This document shows, piece after piece, positions 36,003-49,157 of a DNA stretch of 64,000 bases. The position numbers and the translations under genes were made by a program. The notes beneath the pieces are model-generated. The model did no database searches, was not told the origin of the DNA, and saw only the letters and a program-made list of their open reading frames with translations. Each line of letters begins with the position of its first letter. The first letter of the stretch is position 1. Source of the DNA: Elsinoe ampelina (lineage: Eukaryota); the NCBI GenBank assembly GCA_010093995.1, contig ML992509.1, forward strand, positions 1,015,850-1,079,849, read 5' to 3'.

Positions 36003-36355
36003 CTATGAGTCCGCAGCGATATACATGACTACGGCCATCAGCTCGAGACTTCTACAACTGCAATGCATTCATTTACCGTTGTTGCCCCTCACGAAGGCGT
36101 CGCCGTAATTTCTTCTCAGCTTTCCATCCACGATTTCCTTGGTCTGCTCCAGCGCGATGTTCATGTAGCCATCCACAGATTGCAGTTCTCCTGCGATATG
36201 CTCAGTTTATCGCCCGCATAATGCGACACCCTCTCCTCACCTTTGTACACGACACCGCTGTTCAGCTTGACCGTGACCGGCGCACCAATAATCTCGCTCA
36301 AGAAACCGGAGGGATCGCGTGCATCTCCAGCGCCGTTTGATTGTGCCTCAGCCAT
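36003..36355 (-). CDS. LSM6: Sm-like protein LSm6
   Basis: DPSGFLSEIIGAPVTVKLNSGVVYKG|ELQSVDGYMNIALEQT...YGDAFVRGNN|VMYIAADS*. Confidence 0.93.
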
Positions 36356-36553
36356 CTCGAAAGGTATATTGCTCTTGGTATCGAAGACTCGATATCGGGC
36401 GAAGTCGAAAGCCTCACTTCACTCGCCCCCGCACGGACCATCTGTTCATCCTCCGCGCCGCAACCTCAGATACAACTTTCACAATCACTTCTTCTCATCA
36501 CTGCAACTTTCAGTCCCGACGCTCGCCGCGCCACCCGGCGCTGAAATCGCATC

Positions 36554-37986
36554 ATGGCGACAGAGCCCGCGCCAGCCCCAGCCCCTAAGCGATCTCTCTT
36601 CAACAAGCCCAAATGGGCCACGCCTAGCAGCACAACCTCCGCAGCGACAACAACGATCTCACCGGACGATTTGTTTTCCCGCAAATCCGCTCTCCCATCG
36701 CTGCTCAAAGAGAACGAAGAGCGTAGGCGGCGCAAAGTCGAGAAGCAGCGCAAGGAGAAGGAACGGGAGAGGCGCAAGTCCCACCGAGAAGAGGAGGAGC
36801 GAGCAAGCGGAGCAGAGGCGAGTGAGAAGAGGCGCAGGATCAGCGAAGAGGACTACAAGCGGTACGGACTCGTGAGCCCCGCCAAAAGGACACAGCAAGA
36901 GGCAGAGGAGGCCGCGAAGGGGGGCGACGATGAAGATGCCGTGGTGAAAGGGAAACACAAGGCCAAGGACAGGAAGAAGCAGCCCGTGACGCTGGACGAG
37001 GATGAAGAACAAGATCTTCCGTCGACCGTGGACATGAAGCCCACCCGAATCTCACCCCGAGGCAAGAAGCAAGAAACCATCACCCTCTCCGACAACGACT
37101 CCCCCAACGACGACGCAGAGCTATACACCCGCAGCCCCAAACTTGTCCCCGACCCCGTCCCCGCCTCCCCTTCCCCCGACTCAGACGACGAGTTCACCGA
37201 ACTCGCCGCCCTAGCCCGCGAACGGCGCCGCAAGCGCGAACAAGAAGCCAGCCACACCCCGGGCGGCGGAGGCGCATCTACGCCCGCCCCCACCGTCTTC
37301 GACCCCGTCATCAAAGTCCTCGTGACGTCGCCGATCAAAGACACCAAGCCGCTCCTCGTGCACCGCAAGTTAAGCCAGCGCTTCCAGGAGATCCGGACCG
37401 TGTGGTGCCAGAAGCAAGGGTTCGACGAGGAGACATCGAGCAAGATATTCCTGATCTTCAAGATGCGGAAGTTGTACGACGTGACTACGTGCAAGAGTTT
37501 GGGGATCAAGGTTGATGCCGAGGGTACGGTCTTGGGGAGTGCTGGGTTGGGTGACGATGATGAGGAGGGGAGGGTGCATGTCGTTGCTGTCACGGAGGAG
37601 GCGTTTGTGGAGATGAAGAGGAAGAGGGATGAGGCGAGGAATGTGCATTTGAATGTTGAGGAGGAGGGGGCGGTCGAGGAAGAGAAGACGGAGACGGTGG
37701 AGGAGGTCAAGAAGATTAAGCTGTTGTTGAAGGCGAAGGGGTACCCGGATTACAAGCTTATTGTTCGGCCGGTAAGCTTGAAATACGATGGACGATGGGG
37801 GGCGATGGCTGACGTTGATAGACGACGACTTTCGACAGGATCGCGTCGGCGTTTAAACGCGAGTATAAGATCGCCGAGGACACTGAGGTGGCGTTGGTGC
37901 AGGACGGAGATGCGCTGCCTATGGATGACAAAGTCCAGGACACCGACATCGAGGACATGGACTGTCTTGAGGTACACATCAAGTGA
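36554..37986 (+). CDS. Rad60/Esc2-type tandem SUMO-like domain protein
   Basis: KRSLFNKPKWA N-terminus and SLD1 (VIKVLVTSPI..TKPL..HRKLSQRF...KLYDVTTCKSLGI). Intron 37772-37821 leads into SLD2, ending DTDIEDMDCLEVHIK*. Confidence 0.82.
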
Positions 37987-38178
37987 TGTCCAACGGGAGT
38001 GAACCCACGAAGGTCCGATGCACGAGTTCGCCGACTTCCATGACTATTTGAGATATCCCCACGCGCATACGCAATTGTACATTCTGACCAAAACGTTCAC
38101 ATCCATGCTCCACCTCTCAAAGACGCCAAACGCCACGCTAACCCACACATTCCCCACAGTGCCAGTCATATATAAATC

Positions 38179-38787
38179 CTACTTCTTCCTCCTCTCATTC
38201 GCCCTCTCCCTCCTCTGCTGCCTCCTAATCTTCTCCTTCCTCTCCTCCCGCCTCTCCTTCCTCACATCCCCCGCCTCCCCCGTCCTCGCCTCCTTCTCAT
38301 CATCAACCTCCACCAACCAATCCCCCTCCCCATCCTTGTTCTTCCCCTTGTACCCCCACTTGGGCACCCACTCCTTCTTCTCCTCGTCGTAGACCAGCTT
38401 ACCCTCTTTGGCTTTCGACTGGATGCCCTTCTTCTTCGCAAACTCCTCCCACCGCGTGAGAGGCTTGGGTTGCGGGATGTGTTTCTCCCGTGGGAGAGGG
38501 GTGGTGGGGGGCGGGAGGGTGAGGATTACAGAGGTGAGGTCGCTGGATTTGGTAATGGGGCAGGTGGAGAGGAGTTGGTTGATGAGGCCTTGGGCGCAGT
38601 CTCGCGCCGTGGAGGAGAGGATGGTCTCGTCGATTTTGGAGTCGGGGGGGAGAGGGTTGGCGTCGGTGCAGAGGAGGTTGCCCAGGTCGAAGGTGTAGGG
38701 GATGGGTTTGGTGACTGTGACTGGGAGCCGCTTGGGCTGGGGGGTGCCGTTCGTTTGAGGGCTGTCGGCCATCTCTGTGTCGGCCAT
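38179..38787 (-). CDS. RRS1: Ribosome biogenesis regulatory protein Rrs1
   Basis: PYTFDLGNLL, ARDCAQGLINQL, LPREKHIP..KPLTRWEEFAKKKGI, YDEEKKEWVPKWGYKG. Confidence 0.95.
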   Translation of the reverse strand: MADTEMADSPQTNGTPQPKRLPVTVTKPIPYTFDLGNLLCTDANPLPPDSKIDETILSSTARDCAQGLINQLLSTCPITKSSDLTSVILTLPPPTTPLPREKHIPQPKPLTRWEEFAKKKGIQSKAKEGKLVYDEEKKEWVPKWGYKGKNKDGEGDWLVEVDDEKEARTGEAGDVRKERREERKEKIRRQQRRERANERRKK

Positions 38788-39451
38788 GGCGAGTCCGGGG
38801 AGAATGTCTGGTATTGGTGAGATGCTGGAGTTGGAGAGGAACTTTTTTTGCGTGGAGGTGAAATCTTGGCGGATTTCAGCGGGCGCTGCCGCTAGCGCCA
38901 AAGTCTGTTGCGGAGATTTATCGGGGATGGAAGAAATCACTCCATCATAACCTTGACATGGACATGCCTGAAGCTAGAGGATCGTCTTTGACGGGTGCCA
39001 CAAGATGCATATCTATCTTGCTGCAGTGCCTCGATGCCGCATGAGGATGGCATTGGCGCAGATGTCTCACACCACCGATCTGAAAAGTCCGGCGGGGATC
39101 CGAGATTCAATCTATCACACGTCTTGGTGTAGACATGGTGTGCTGGATGTCCGAAGGACTAACTCGGCTGCAGATGGGGGGGAGGATGTTAGGTAAGTTG
39201 CTTTTCTGATGAGCTGGTCTTGCAGACTTGCATATGATTTCGCTTTCCTTCATCAACTTCTCGGCTGCTATCGTGTCTCCCTATAAGCTCTAGTGTGGCG
39301 AGCATGTCCGCTTGAGCGCTTCTAACAGGGAGCTCTGTATATATCGACAAGCACGGTCTGTTCACTGTCTCGCTAGCTTGTCACCGTTGCTGCGACCGTC
39401 AATTTATACAAAGAGATTTGAATTTCTACGATCAAAGATACCAGCGGCGCC

Positions 39452-42041
39452 ATGACTGAACGACCACGCTCATACTCATTGTCTCGAGACGGATCATGGC
39501 AAGAGGTCAATATCGATCAGGAGAGCCCGGGACCGTCCTCACAGCCAAGCCCTCACGCTGTCCACAGCAACTATCCACCCTACCAATTTCCCCGTCCGTC
39601 CTGTGATACAGCGCGCTCTTTCGATATGAGAGGGGAAAGAGCTGGCATACCAACAGCTGCCAGGAATGCAGTGGAAGCCAACTTCTACCGAGGTGGATCC
39701 CCACCTACACTCGACATACAGCCACAAGCGCGACCAGCCATGCGTACGGCGGGCAACTCAAGCACGAGCAACTTCGTCCCGTCAATCCATACGCAGCCAT
39801 CTCTAGATTCATTCCACAGTCAGCGGGCCGTCGGCGTACCTGTCTCGGAACGGCGAGCACCAAGTGCATCTCGAGGATTGTCACATTACTCACGGCCGAG
39901 CATGCGCGCACATAGGTCGAATCCTGCGCGGCCTTCCACAAGCAGGTCATCTTCCAGATCCGGCAGCCGCACTCATGCTGTGGAGTCTGAGGTGATCACT
40001 CAGCCACAGGTTTCGACTCCAAGCTTGAGACCACCAAAGCCTGTTGTGATACCTGAACATCAAGCCGTGCATCATACCTACTACGCGTCCGTACCTGGAA
40101 GCACTACATATACGGCCAATACTACACCCGACATGTCTGATATCTCATACAACGTACCACCAGCACATGCTGCAGCACCGATAGAAGACATTAGCGGTGG
40201 TGGTGCTCGTCCTGAGCTCTACCGTCGCAGCAGCTCGCGCACATCATGGCGCCAATCTCTCCGACATTCGTGGACCCTAGGGTCTTTCGATTGGGAGAAG
40301 AGCTCGATCACTACGAACGGCACGTTCCCCCGCTTCTCTGAGTTCCGACTATCGGGCGTGGACTGGGAACATGACAACTACGACCAACAACGAGGGGTGT
40401 CCACCTTGTCCTGGATCAACTCCGAGCATTCTGGAGATCAGGACATCGAAAAGCTACCATGGGGTCAGCCATCTACACATGGTAACGAACATTTCTCATC
40501 TGCCAGCAGTGGTCAGGATTCAGCGTTTGACAAGGAGAAAGGTCCCCGTACCGATGAGGACCAAACTGTCCGCATCTCCGCCATACTACCAGACCCCACG
40601 ATCATCTTCTGGGATGGGGAGAGCGACGAGGAGAACCCAATGAACTGGACCATGCGCAAGAAGAGAGTGGCAATCCTGTCTCTCGCTTTGTTCACATTCA
40701 TCACACCCTTGGCCAGCAGCATGTTTGCTCCATCTGTACCTCAACTCCTGTCCGAATTCGGCATCAGCTCTCGCCTTTTGTCACAATTCGTGGTATCGGT
40801 ATATGTCTTTGGCTTCGCCATCGGCCCACTCATCGTGAGCCCTATGAGTGAGGTCTACGGCCGGTACCCAGTCTACATCGTTGGTTATATCGGCTTCATT
40901 GGCTTCACAGTCGGCTGTGGGCTGGCTACGAGTATGCCCATGCTAATCGTATTCCGCTTCTTCGCTGGCTGTTTTGGCGTTACGCCAGTTGCGATCGGTG
41001 GAGGAACGATCGCCGACTTGTTCCCGAAGGAGGAGCGAGGCAGGTTCATGGGTCTATGGGCGTTGGGACCTATGCTGGGACCAATGGTGGGGCCTGTCGG
41101 TGGTGGCTATCTGGCCGCAGCGCTTGGCTGGCGCTGGGTCTTCTGGGTTATCACCATGGCGGCAAGCACTCATTCCCAACTTCCTTGCTAGTGCTGACAA
41201 ACGACAGTCCGGTTTTCTGTTCCTCGTCACAGCAGCATTCACACGCGAGACCTTCGCCCCCGTCCTGCTCGCTCGCAAGACCGCGCGTCTCCGCCGCAAG
41301 ACAGGCAACACGAACCTGCGATCAAAAATGGACAACGGCCTGACCTTCTCCACAGTCTTCTGGCGTGCAGTGCAACGACCAACGCACATGTTCCTCCGCT
41401 CACCCATCGTCACAGCCATGTCCATCTACGTCTCCTTCGTGTACGGCATCCTTTACGTCCTCTTCACGACCTTTACCTTTGTCTTTGTCGAGAACTATGA
41501 CTGGACCCCGCAGAAATCAGGACTGGTCTACATCGGGTTGGGCATCGGTACCATCATGGGGCTTTTCATCCTGGGCTCGACTAGCGACAAGCTGTGCCAG
41601 CATCTTGCGGAGAAGCACAACAACGGTGTCCTGAAGCCGGAGTACCGCTTGCCTCCGCTCATGTACGGCGGGGTGACGGTGCCTCTTGGACTGTTTCTGT
41701 ATGGCTGGGCAACGCAATACACTCTCTACTGGCCTATTCCGCTTACTGGCACGGTGCTTGTTGGGCTCGGCATCATCCAAACGTTCATGTGCATCCAGAC
41801 GTACCTGGTCGATACTTTTGGCATGCACGCCGCGAGTGCTATGGCCGTCAATACAGTGTTGCGGTCCATCACGGCTGCTTTCTTACCGATGGCCGGTCTC
41901 GACATGTATGATGCACTAGGACTGGGTTGGGGCAACAGCGTGCTGGGCTTTGCGGCTTGTTTGCTTGTTCCTCTTCCTGGTATCTTCTACCTCTATGGCG
42001 AGAGGGTGAGGACGAATCCAAAGTACAAAATCAACCTTTGA
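39452..42041 (+). CDS. MFS drug:H+ antiporter (DHA1) with long disordered N-terminus
   Basis: WDGESDEENPMNW, SSMFAP, PMSEVYGRYP, GGGTIADLF, RETFAPVLL, PEYRLPP, YLVDTF; GC-AG intron 41162-41207. Confidence 0.9.
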
Positions 42042-42325
42042 GGCGTCCACAACTCCTCAATAGAGGCCCTTTCGCTCGGCTTCTGACCTGTGTATCGACG
42101 AGGAAACTGATAAGAGCACAGGGACAATAGCGATGATAATAATGCATAAGAATGCTGAGGAAGGGGAACCGTAGCTTGAGGAGGCAAGAAAGTGAAGCCG
42201 TAGGTATTCAAATGTGCAAGGGAAGGAGCAGTCAGTAATTTGCTATTCGATGGGTAATCACGGTGCTCGTCAGACATGGCAGGTGCTCTAGACTTTGAAG
42301 ATCGTATCGTCCACGTCATTTCCTT

Positions 42326-43585
42326 TCATTCTGAGCCATCTCTTCTCTTCAAACGCTGCCTCTCGACTGGACCATCATCCGTCGTGTGCCCTCTCTTTCG
42401 AGTACTTGTCTGCGCCAGGAGTGAAGATGAATTTTGTGGTAGGATTGGACCGGTCTGAAGCGTATCGGGGTCCTTTCGTGATGGTACATGGCCAGCCTCT
42501 GATGGTGGAAGAGCATCGTCTGGTACGTCAGGCTGTGCTTCTGGTAGTACTGAGACGGCTTCTGGCAGTTCAGGCGCGGCTTCTGACAGCATTCGTGCGG
42601 CTTCTGGTAGTTCAAGCCCAGCTCCTGGAAGTTCGATATCCACAATCCATGGCAGCTGCCATGGGCGCTCGAGGGTGCCTTGCATCGCAGCATTGACGAA
42701 CAGGGTGTCTCTACCATGCCTCAAACTACGGGGATCTGAAGAGCAGTGGCTGGTGGTGCAGCAACCATTCTGCTCGAGAGCCTGGTACGTCGCTAACTTC
42801 CTCTCTTTGAGCTCCGCAGTGTCGTACTTCCCTGGACTCAGAGTAGCCAGCGTCTGTATGGTCGATGATCCATCGTTGTCGAAAGCAGTGAAGTGTGTGG
42901 GATCCACGATATCGTCTTTCCATGCCATGAGTTTGGCTCCCCAATTCGAGTGTATATGACCGAAGCAGTGTAGAAGTGGTCTAGACTTCTCGATGGCGTG
43001 GAACAGAGATGCACTTCCGACTCGCTTGTCTACTCTGTCCAAAATGCCGAGAGGAGGCCCATGGGTGACGACTACCTCTGCATTTCCAATATTCCACTCG
43101 TGATCGTCATCAGGGTGGTACTGGAAACCCCAGTCGTTCGTGGATGGTGTGTAAGGGCTGGCGTAAACCGTGAGCTGGGCGCCGTTTGCAAGGGTGAAGG
43201 AGTGAATACCTTCGTTGAGGAAAAGAATACCTTCTTGCTTAGCCGCGGTGAAGAGATCTTGAACTTGGCCGTAGTACCCGTATTCCTTCTCCACCAGATC
43301 CTGAGAGAGAGGCGGCTGGGCTTCGGCGATCTTCTTCTTGAACATGGGAATATCAAGAGTGAAGTCGTGATTGCCGGCGATGACGAGCTTCAGGGGCGCA
43401 CTGATAGTTTTGAGCATTTCGAGGGAAGTGCGGAATTCGGACAGCTTACTCTCATCGGTGAGATCGCCGCAGTGGATAGCGACGTCGACCTTAGTGGAGG
43501 CTTTCGGAAGGTAGGAGGAAGGGAGAGTCTCGCCGTGGGTGTCGGAGATGATATAGAAGCGGGTTGGTACTTTTGATGGAGACAT
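42326..43585 (-). CDS. Calcineurin-like metallophosphoesterase (MPPED-like)
   Basis: ISDTH, HCGDL, IAGNHD, THGPP, CFGHIH, FVNAA motifs. Confidence 0.9.
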   Translation of the reverse strand: MSPSKVPTRFYIISDTHGETLPSSYLPKASTKVDVAIHCGDLTDESKLSEFRTSLEMLKTISAPLKLVIAGNHDFTLDIPMFKKKIAEAQPPLSQDLVEKEYGYYGQVQDLFTAAKQEGILFLNEGIHSFTLANGAQLTVYASPYTPSTNDWGFQYHPDDDHEWNIGNAEVVVTHGPPLGILDRVDKRVGSASLFHAIEKSRPLLHCFGHIHSNWGAKLMAWKDDIVDPTHFTAFDNDGSSTIQTLATLSPGKYDTAELKERKLATYQALEQNGCCTTSHCSSDPRSLRHGRDTLFVNAAMQGTLERPWQLPWIVDIELPGAGLELPEAARMLSEAAPELPEAVSVLPEAQPDVPDDALPPSEAGHVPSRKDPDTLQTGPILPQNSSSLLAQTSTRKRGHTTDDGPVERQRLKRRDGSE

Positions 43586-43902
43586 ATTTATGCTTGGTGT
43601 ACGTAGGGTTGGCTTTGGGCAGTTGGGTAATCTTGTATTAGCGAGTGAAAGGGTATGAGAGTTGAAAGAAAAGAAGACCAACCACTGCGTATAAGTATCG
43701 GGAGTCGTATGACTCAATTCGAAAGGTTCATGCAAAAGTAAAGTACGATGTTGAATTTTTGGCGCAAAAGCAAAACATGAGCGACTGCCAGTCGCAGCGA
43801 GGGACGACGGGTAACATGGCGACTATGGGTTTACGATGCCTCATACAGTAGGGAGTGATGCTGCTGGGTAAGATAGGGGCAGCATGCTTGATCGCAGACC
43901 GC

Positions 43903-46016
43903 TCAAAACCCCCCCGCCCCCCTCACCCTCTGCACCGCCCCCCACATCCCCTTGGCCCACGAAAAATGCCCGGGATTAATCCCCATGGCCCCTTCAGCCT
44001 CCTTCCCATTCTCGTCTCTCCATACACCGTCCTCCTGGCTCACTGCGCCGTAGAGATGGGTATTCTGATTTCTCTTGAGTGCAGCCAACCAGTCTCTGCA
44101 GACGAGCTCCGAGTCGATCAAGACGTTGACTTCTTGGCTGTGGTACCAGCTTTGCGTGTCTTGGTTGCCGGAGCCTTGGATGGCGATGCGGGAGTCGACG
44201 ATCATTAATTTGACTGTGGGTATTAGTGTACTGGTACTGGAGGGAGGAGGAAGGGAGGGGACGAGAGGGACGTACTGTGGCAGCTTCTTTGCTTGAATTT
44301 GTTGTGGAGTGGCTTCGTCTGGTCTTTGGCTACGTACCAGTGCCATCTCAGGTGCTTGCGGTGTTCTGGCTCCAGCTCCATGTACATTTTGTGGGCTATC
44401 ATTTCGTTGGTGCCGCCTTGGTAGGGGAGGAGTTCACCGAGGTCGTTGTAGCCTAGACAGGCGTAGACGATAACTTCGACGCCTCGGCGAACAGCTTTTT
44501 GGAGGGCGGGGATAAGAGGGGCGGCGTTGACGTCCGGCGATTGAATGAAAATGGATGATTGGGCGTGGCGAATGGCGGAGAGCCAGGCCTCGTTTTGAGG
44601 AGTGTGGACACTAGCGTGGTTCAAGGCTCCGTGTGGTTTGCGGTTGACGAGGGCGATCGGGAAAGGGTCGTGGACTGCGTGGATGATGAAGGGAGTCATG
44701 TTCTCATCAATCGGGCATGGTGGTGCGGTCGCTTTCAACGTTTGCTTCGTTGACGCGTCTGTGTGTATCAGCAAGCATCTAGACCTGTAAAGCTATGAAA
44801 CATACTCAGGTGGCCCGCGACTAGATCTACTACAGCTTCTCCCGGCAGAGGCGTCAGCTGGGATTGCATGCGAGTCATCTCACCGGCCAGATCAGGATCA
44901 TACTGAGGATTCCCTGCATCATGACGGGGCAATCTTCCAGACTTCTCGTTGAGCTCCTTCGCCTTGTGACAGATGGAGTGCGGAAAGTCTTCAGCAAGGT
45001 CAATGAAAGTCTGCGTCTCGTAGCTTGCAGTGTTGGTTGCAACAGGTTTCTTCTCCCGTAACAGTGGGAGGGGAGGCTTGAGTTCTGACGACCATGTTAG
45101 AAGCGCCATGTCGTAGAGAGAATCTACAATGGGGCCTTCGAGATGGCTCATCATCTCAAGATTGTCATTGTCCTGGACTTGGTCAGCGACTGTATAGTTG
45201 ATGACTACCGCGACACCTACCTGGACGTTGTTGCTCTGTACAATAGCAACCTGTCGGTCAACAATCATGAACTTTGCATGAAACGTGCCAAGCGCCGGTC
45301 TGTGGTAGTTCACAACCTCGAGATCAAGGTGAGGCAGATCGGCTTTTGACGGCAACGCAACTCCTGAAGCGGTCCATTCTGCTTCGCCAACTTCGAGGTG
45401 GTTGTTCAAGACCTGCTTGATGCTGCCTCTGTCGTAAATGATTTTGACGACTGCCCTCGAGCCTCTCGCACCGGCTCTTCGGGAGAGTTCCTTTAACGAG
45501 TCGGTGATCAAGGTGCTTGCCTGTGACTCTTTCCAATAGTTGGTTGCTAGTATTACTTCATGTTGTGCACGAGCGATTAGGTTGGACTTGAAGCCGGTCA
45601 GTATCTGTCGGTGCGCGAAAGTCATGACCTACCATGTGGCGACAAATGTCTGGTAGTGGCGCAATGATGGTAAAGGGGACGGTGCCGGAGCTACCCATCA
45701 ACGATGGACTGACGACTCCCGCCAGCGGATCGTGTTCCAGACACTTGAGCGCATCATGCCAGATGTTCAGGAACAGGTCAGTCGGCTGCGTTTGACCCCA
45801 TTTGCCGCAATTTCTTGCCTTCTCGAGATCTTCACTGGCTGCGGGTTGGTGCTGAGCAGGTGGCGAAGTCGGCGGTGACTCAATCACGTGACTCGACAAT
45901 AGTTGCTCGGATGCCTCGTGCGGATGCTGGGATCCTGTATTGCCTGCCAGGATAGAGATGACGGATCTTTGGTCGTTACACAGCTTCTGCACCTTGTCTG
46001 ATAATGTAGGGGTCAT
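43903..46016 (-). CDS. Phospholipase D / cardiolipin-synthase-like protein (two HKD motifs)
   Basis: TFHAKFMIVDRQ...SNN and SCH|IKLMIVD...GSGNQDTQSWYHSQE; four introns. Confidence 0.87.
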
Positions 46017-46738
46017 ATTGTAGGGCGAAGCAAGTGACGGATCGGACGATGGACCTGAGTAAGAATAGGGAGACAACTGCGTGTCGAGGCCCACCTGTCT
46101 CGAAATACAATACCTGCGTTGTCTTCGTGCTTGGATGAGGTATACCAAGCTTACGCGGCTGTCGTCATTCCTGGAAGCTACAAGCGTCGGGTGAAAAGCT
46201 CAGAAACCGGGAAGCTAGAACTAGGCAATTGCTGTTCCTGTCCCTTATTCCCTTCCGTTCATGCCGGGAGCCTCAATTGTGGCGAAAAAGTCAATGGCAC
46301 AGTCATCCGTGGGATTGAACCGTCTGCGATTAGTCTGATGTTGAGACTGTTGACCTCTTGGATCCGCCCAGAGTCGACGTGGGCCATGATCTTGGACGCA
46401 ACGGGTCGCGATCTGGTATTGATGCTCTGAAAATGTTGTCGAACCATCTAATGGACAATTGTGAGTGCAGATGCGAGAAGGATAAGTAGGACATTGAATT
46501 CTGGTGCCTTTAGCGTCATCTGACCAGACGACTTGGACTTGGACTTGGTCTGACCGTTCAGCTTCAGCCATGGATCCGTGCAATTCCGGTAACTTACAGT
46601 AGTTTTCTCCTTTCATCGTAGCATCATTTTCGTCCAAGAAGCTGCACCCAGTACCAAAGTCAGAGTGTGTCAGCAGTACCCTCAAAAGAGTCGATTTCTG
46701 CACAGCCGTGATCTGACAGCCAGAGAAAAAAAGTCGCC

Positions 46739-47568
46739 ATGTCCACAACGAATCGACTGATGCAAAGGCATCCTCTCCAGAGGCTTGTTTCACCATCACG
46801 AGGCATATCGGCATTGCTTCATGTATGTCCGATGCTCGAGGATGAATGTCAACCCCTAACCTCAAACAGACCATCGGACTAGCGAGCAATGCATTTTCAT
46901 TCCACTGGCTGGTCACTCATCCCAATAAGATGTGAGATACACTATCGATGACCTAAATATAGTCACTAACAGTACTTGACAGAAATGACAGCTATGGATG
47001 GCACTTTCAGTATTTGACCATAGTCGGTCTCACCTTGACCACGATCACGTTTACTACGGGCCTATTGGCGGATTTGTCGTTATCGAGACACCTTTTTACC
47101 ATCAAGAACACTCTCTCGATAGCCAGCGCCCCTATGGAAGTTCTCATCAGCCTGCTGTACTGGGGGCTACGAGCCATCGACCCTCGTCTGGTTATCCCGC
47201 CAGATCTTCCACAACTACCACTTCTGGCAGACATGTCATTCCACCTCGCCCCTGCAGCACTACTAGTCCTAGACCTGCTCTTCTTCTCCCCACCGTACAG
47301 CATATCCGCGCTCCCATCATTCGGTCTGTCAGGAATCATCGCCATATCGTACTACCTCTGGGTGGAGCACTGCTACTCCAAGAACGGCTTCTACCCCTAC
47401 CCCATCTTCGACGAAGCCGGCTTCACAGGCCGCATCATCCTCTTCACAGGCAGCGCACTAGTCATGGGAATCGCTACCGGAGTGCTGAAAGGAATGTATG
47501 CCGCAGTCAATGGTCGAGAGATGGACCTGCGATACAAGCCATCGATCTCAAGTAAGAAGCAAAGATAG
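46739..47568 (+). CDS. FAR-17a/AIG1-like membrane protein
   Basis: RHPLQRL.SPSRG, YGWHFQYLTIVGL, MEVLISLLYW, DMSFHLAP, WVEHCYSKNGFYPYP; two introns near 46824-46983. Confidence 0.85.
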
Positions 47569-49157
47569 ACTACTCGAGTGAGAAGCAAGAATATACTACT
47601 CGACTATCCTGCTACCACTTGGTACAAATCTATCTATGAACCACAGCCGTCTCTCTCATGTTCCCTCTACCAAATCCTATCCAGTGTCTCGCACATGCTC
47701 GAGGAAGGAGCAGGCAACCTGATCAGCTCCTGCATACCGTTTCCTTCATGCTCCATCACACCTTTAGGTAGTCACGACGGGCATGGTCTGATGGAGGAAG
47801 TGCCCAATGGTCGTGACTGCATTTATTGGCATTGCCTTCTATATAATCGCATGAATCTTCTAGACAGTCCATCCATCATTCCCATCACTCTTCTCATCAA
47901 GCCAACCTCTTCTCCACGCAAATACCGCCGTCTTGTGGCATCCACTTCTCGATCCCTCCGCTGCCCTCATGCAGCGTCAATCCGCACCAGTCCAACCTCG
48001 CCGGGTAAGACCTCTGCTGCAATCGATCAGCACTGGGCGCTGACATGATCTCAGTTCACACTGCATGCTATCGGCCCCTGCGAGCCGATGCCTGACAGTC
48101 AATGTCATCACCGATCATGTCATCGAAGGTGGATGTCGATGAGGACATTTTCGACGTCTGATCCGCTTGTATCGGATATGATGATCTAGAAAACGACTTT
48201 TATCCGAAGACCCCACTCAGCCTCCGGGCTGACCCCATACGGGCTTTTATAGGTCCTTCCTCCACGATGACATCTGTCCTTCTTGCGCCTCGAACGACTC
48301 ATCAGTTTGCATTCGGAGCATCTGCTATGGTTTGCGAGGTTGGCCATTTGGATTGGCGTGCGGTTGGTTTCGGTGGGTACCCATGGTTTTAGGTTCGAGA
48401 CAGGCGCATTGCATGGTTTGATGGTCGGATCTGGATGTGTAGAGGAATGCAATTTTCTTCTTGAACTCACACGTCTTCGATGCAGGTGCCTTGTTCGCTG
48501 GTCTGACGGTTGCTTGCTGTGTCTTGTCCGTTGTGCTTCGTGTATGCTGTCCCCAAGGTCTATCATAGCACTCTCGAAACAAGCTGCTCTTCGGATACCA
48601 ACGCACATCAAACATGCGTTCGGACCTTGCTTGTGCATCCTCACCGCTCCATGCCATGAGTCACCCGCGAGGAGAATGCTTGCTGCCTAAAGTCAAGAGT
48701 CTAGGTTTGGAGAAAAGAGAATACACGGAATGCAGAGCGTTAATAAAAATTCACGCGCGCTGCAAGCGCTTCCCGAATGGTAGGTTGATATCCGCAATCA
48801 CCATCATCCACGTTCGCTGCACCTTGTATCAAAGTCTCTGGCCGCTTGCAGACTTACTGTTCGCGTCATTCTTGAAGTTGACTATTTGAGGAAAGCTACT
48901 GTAACACAAGGTAGAAGAGTAGACGTTTAGCTAGACAGCTGCTTTTTGTGGACTGGGGAGTTTGTGAGGAGACTCTCGGCGAAAGCCGGCTTGGCTATTT
49001 TGGGGCCACATCATGTAAAGTTTCTCTCTATAAAATCTCCGAGCTCTTGCTTAGCCGATTGGACAATTGAAAGCATAAAACGTTTTTCCTCTGCCCATAC
49101 CTCTAACCAGCAGCATACCAAGTGATAATCTACCCTCACAAGTGTTCCCCCCATGAC

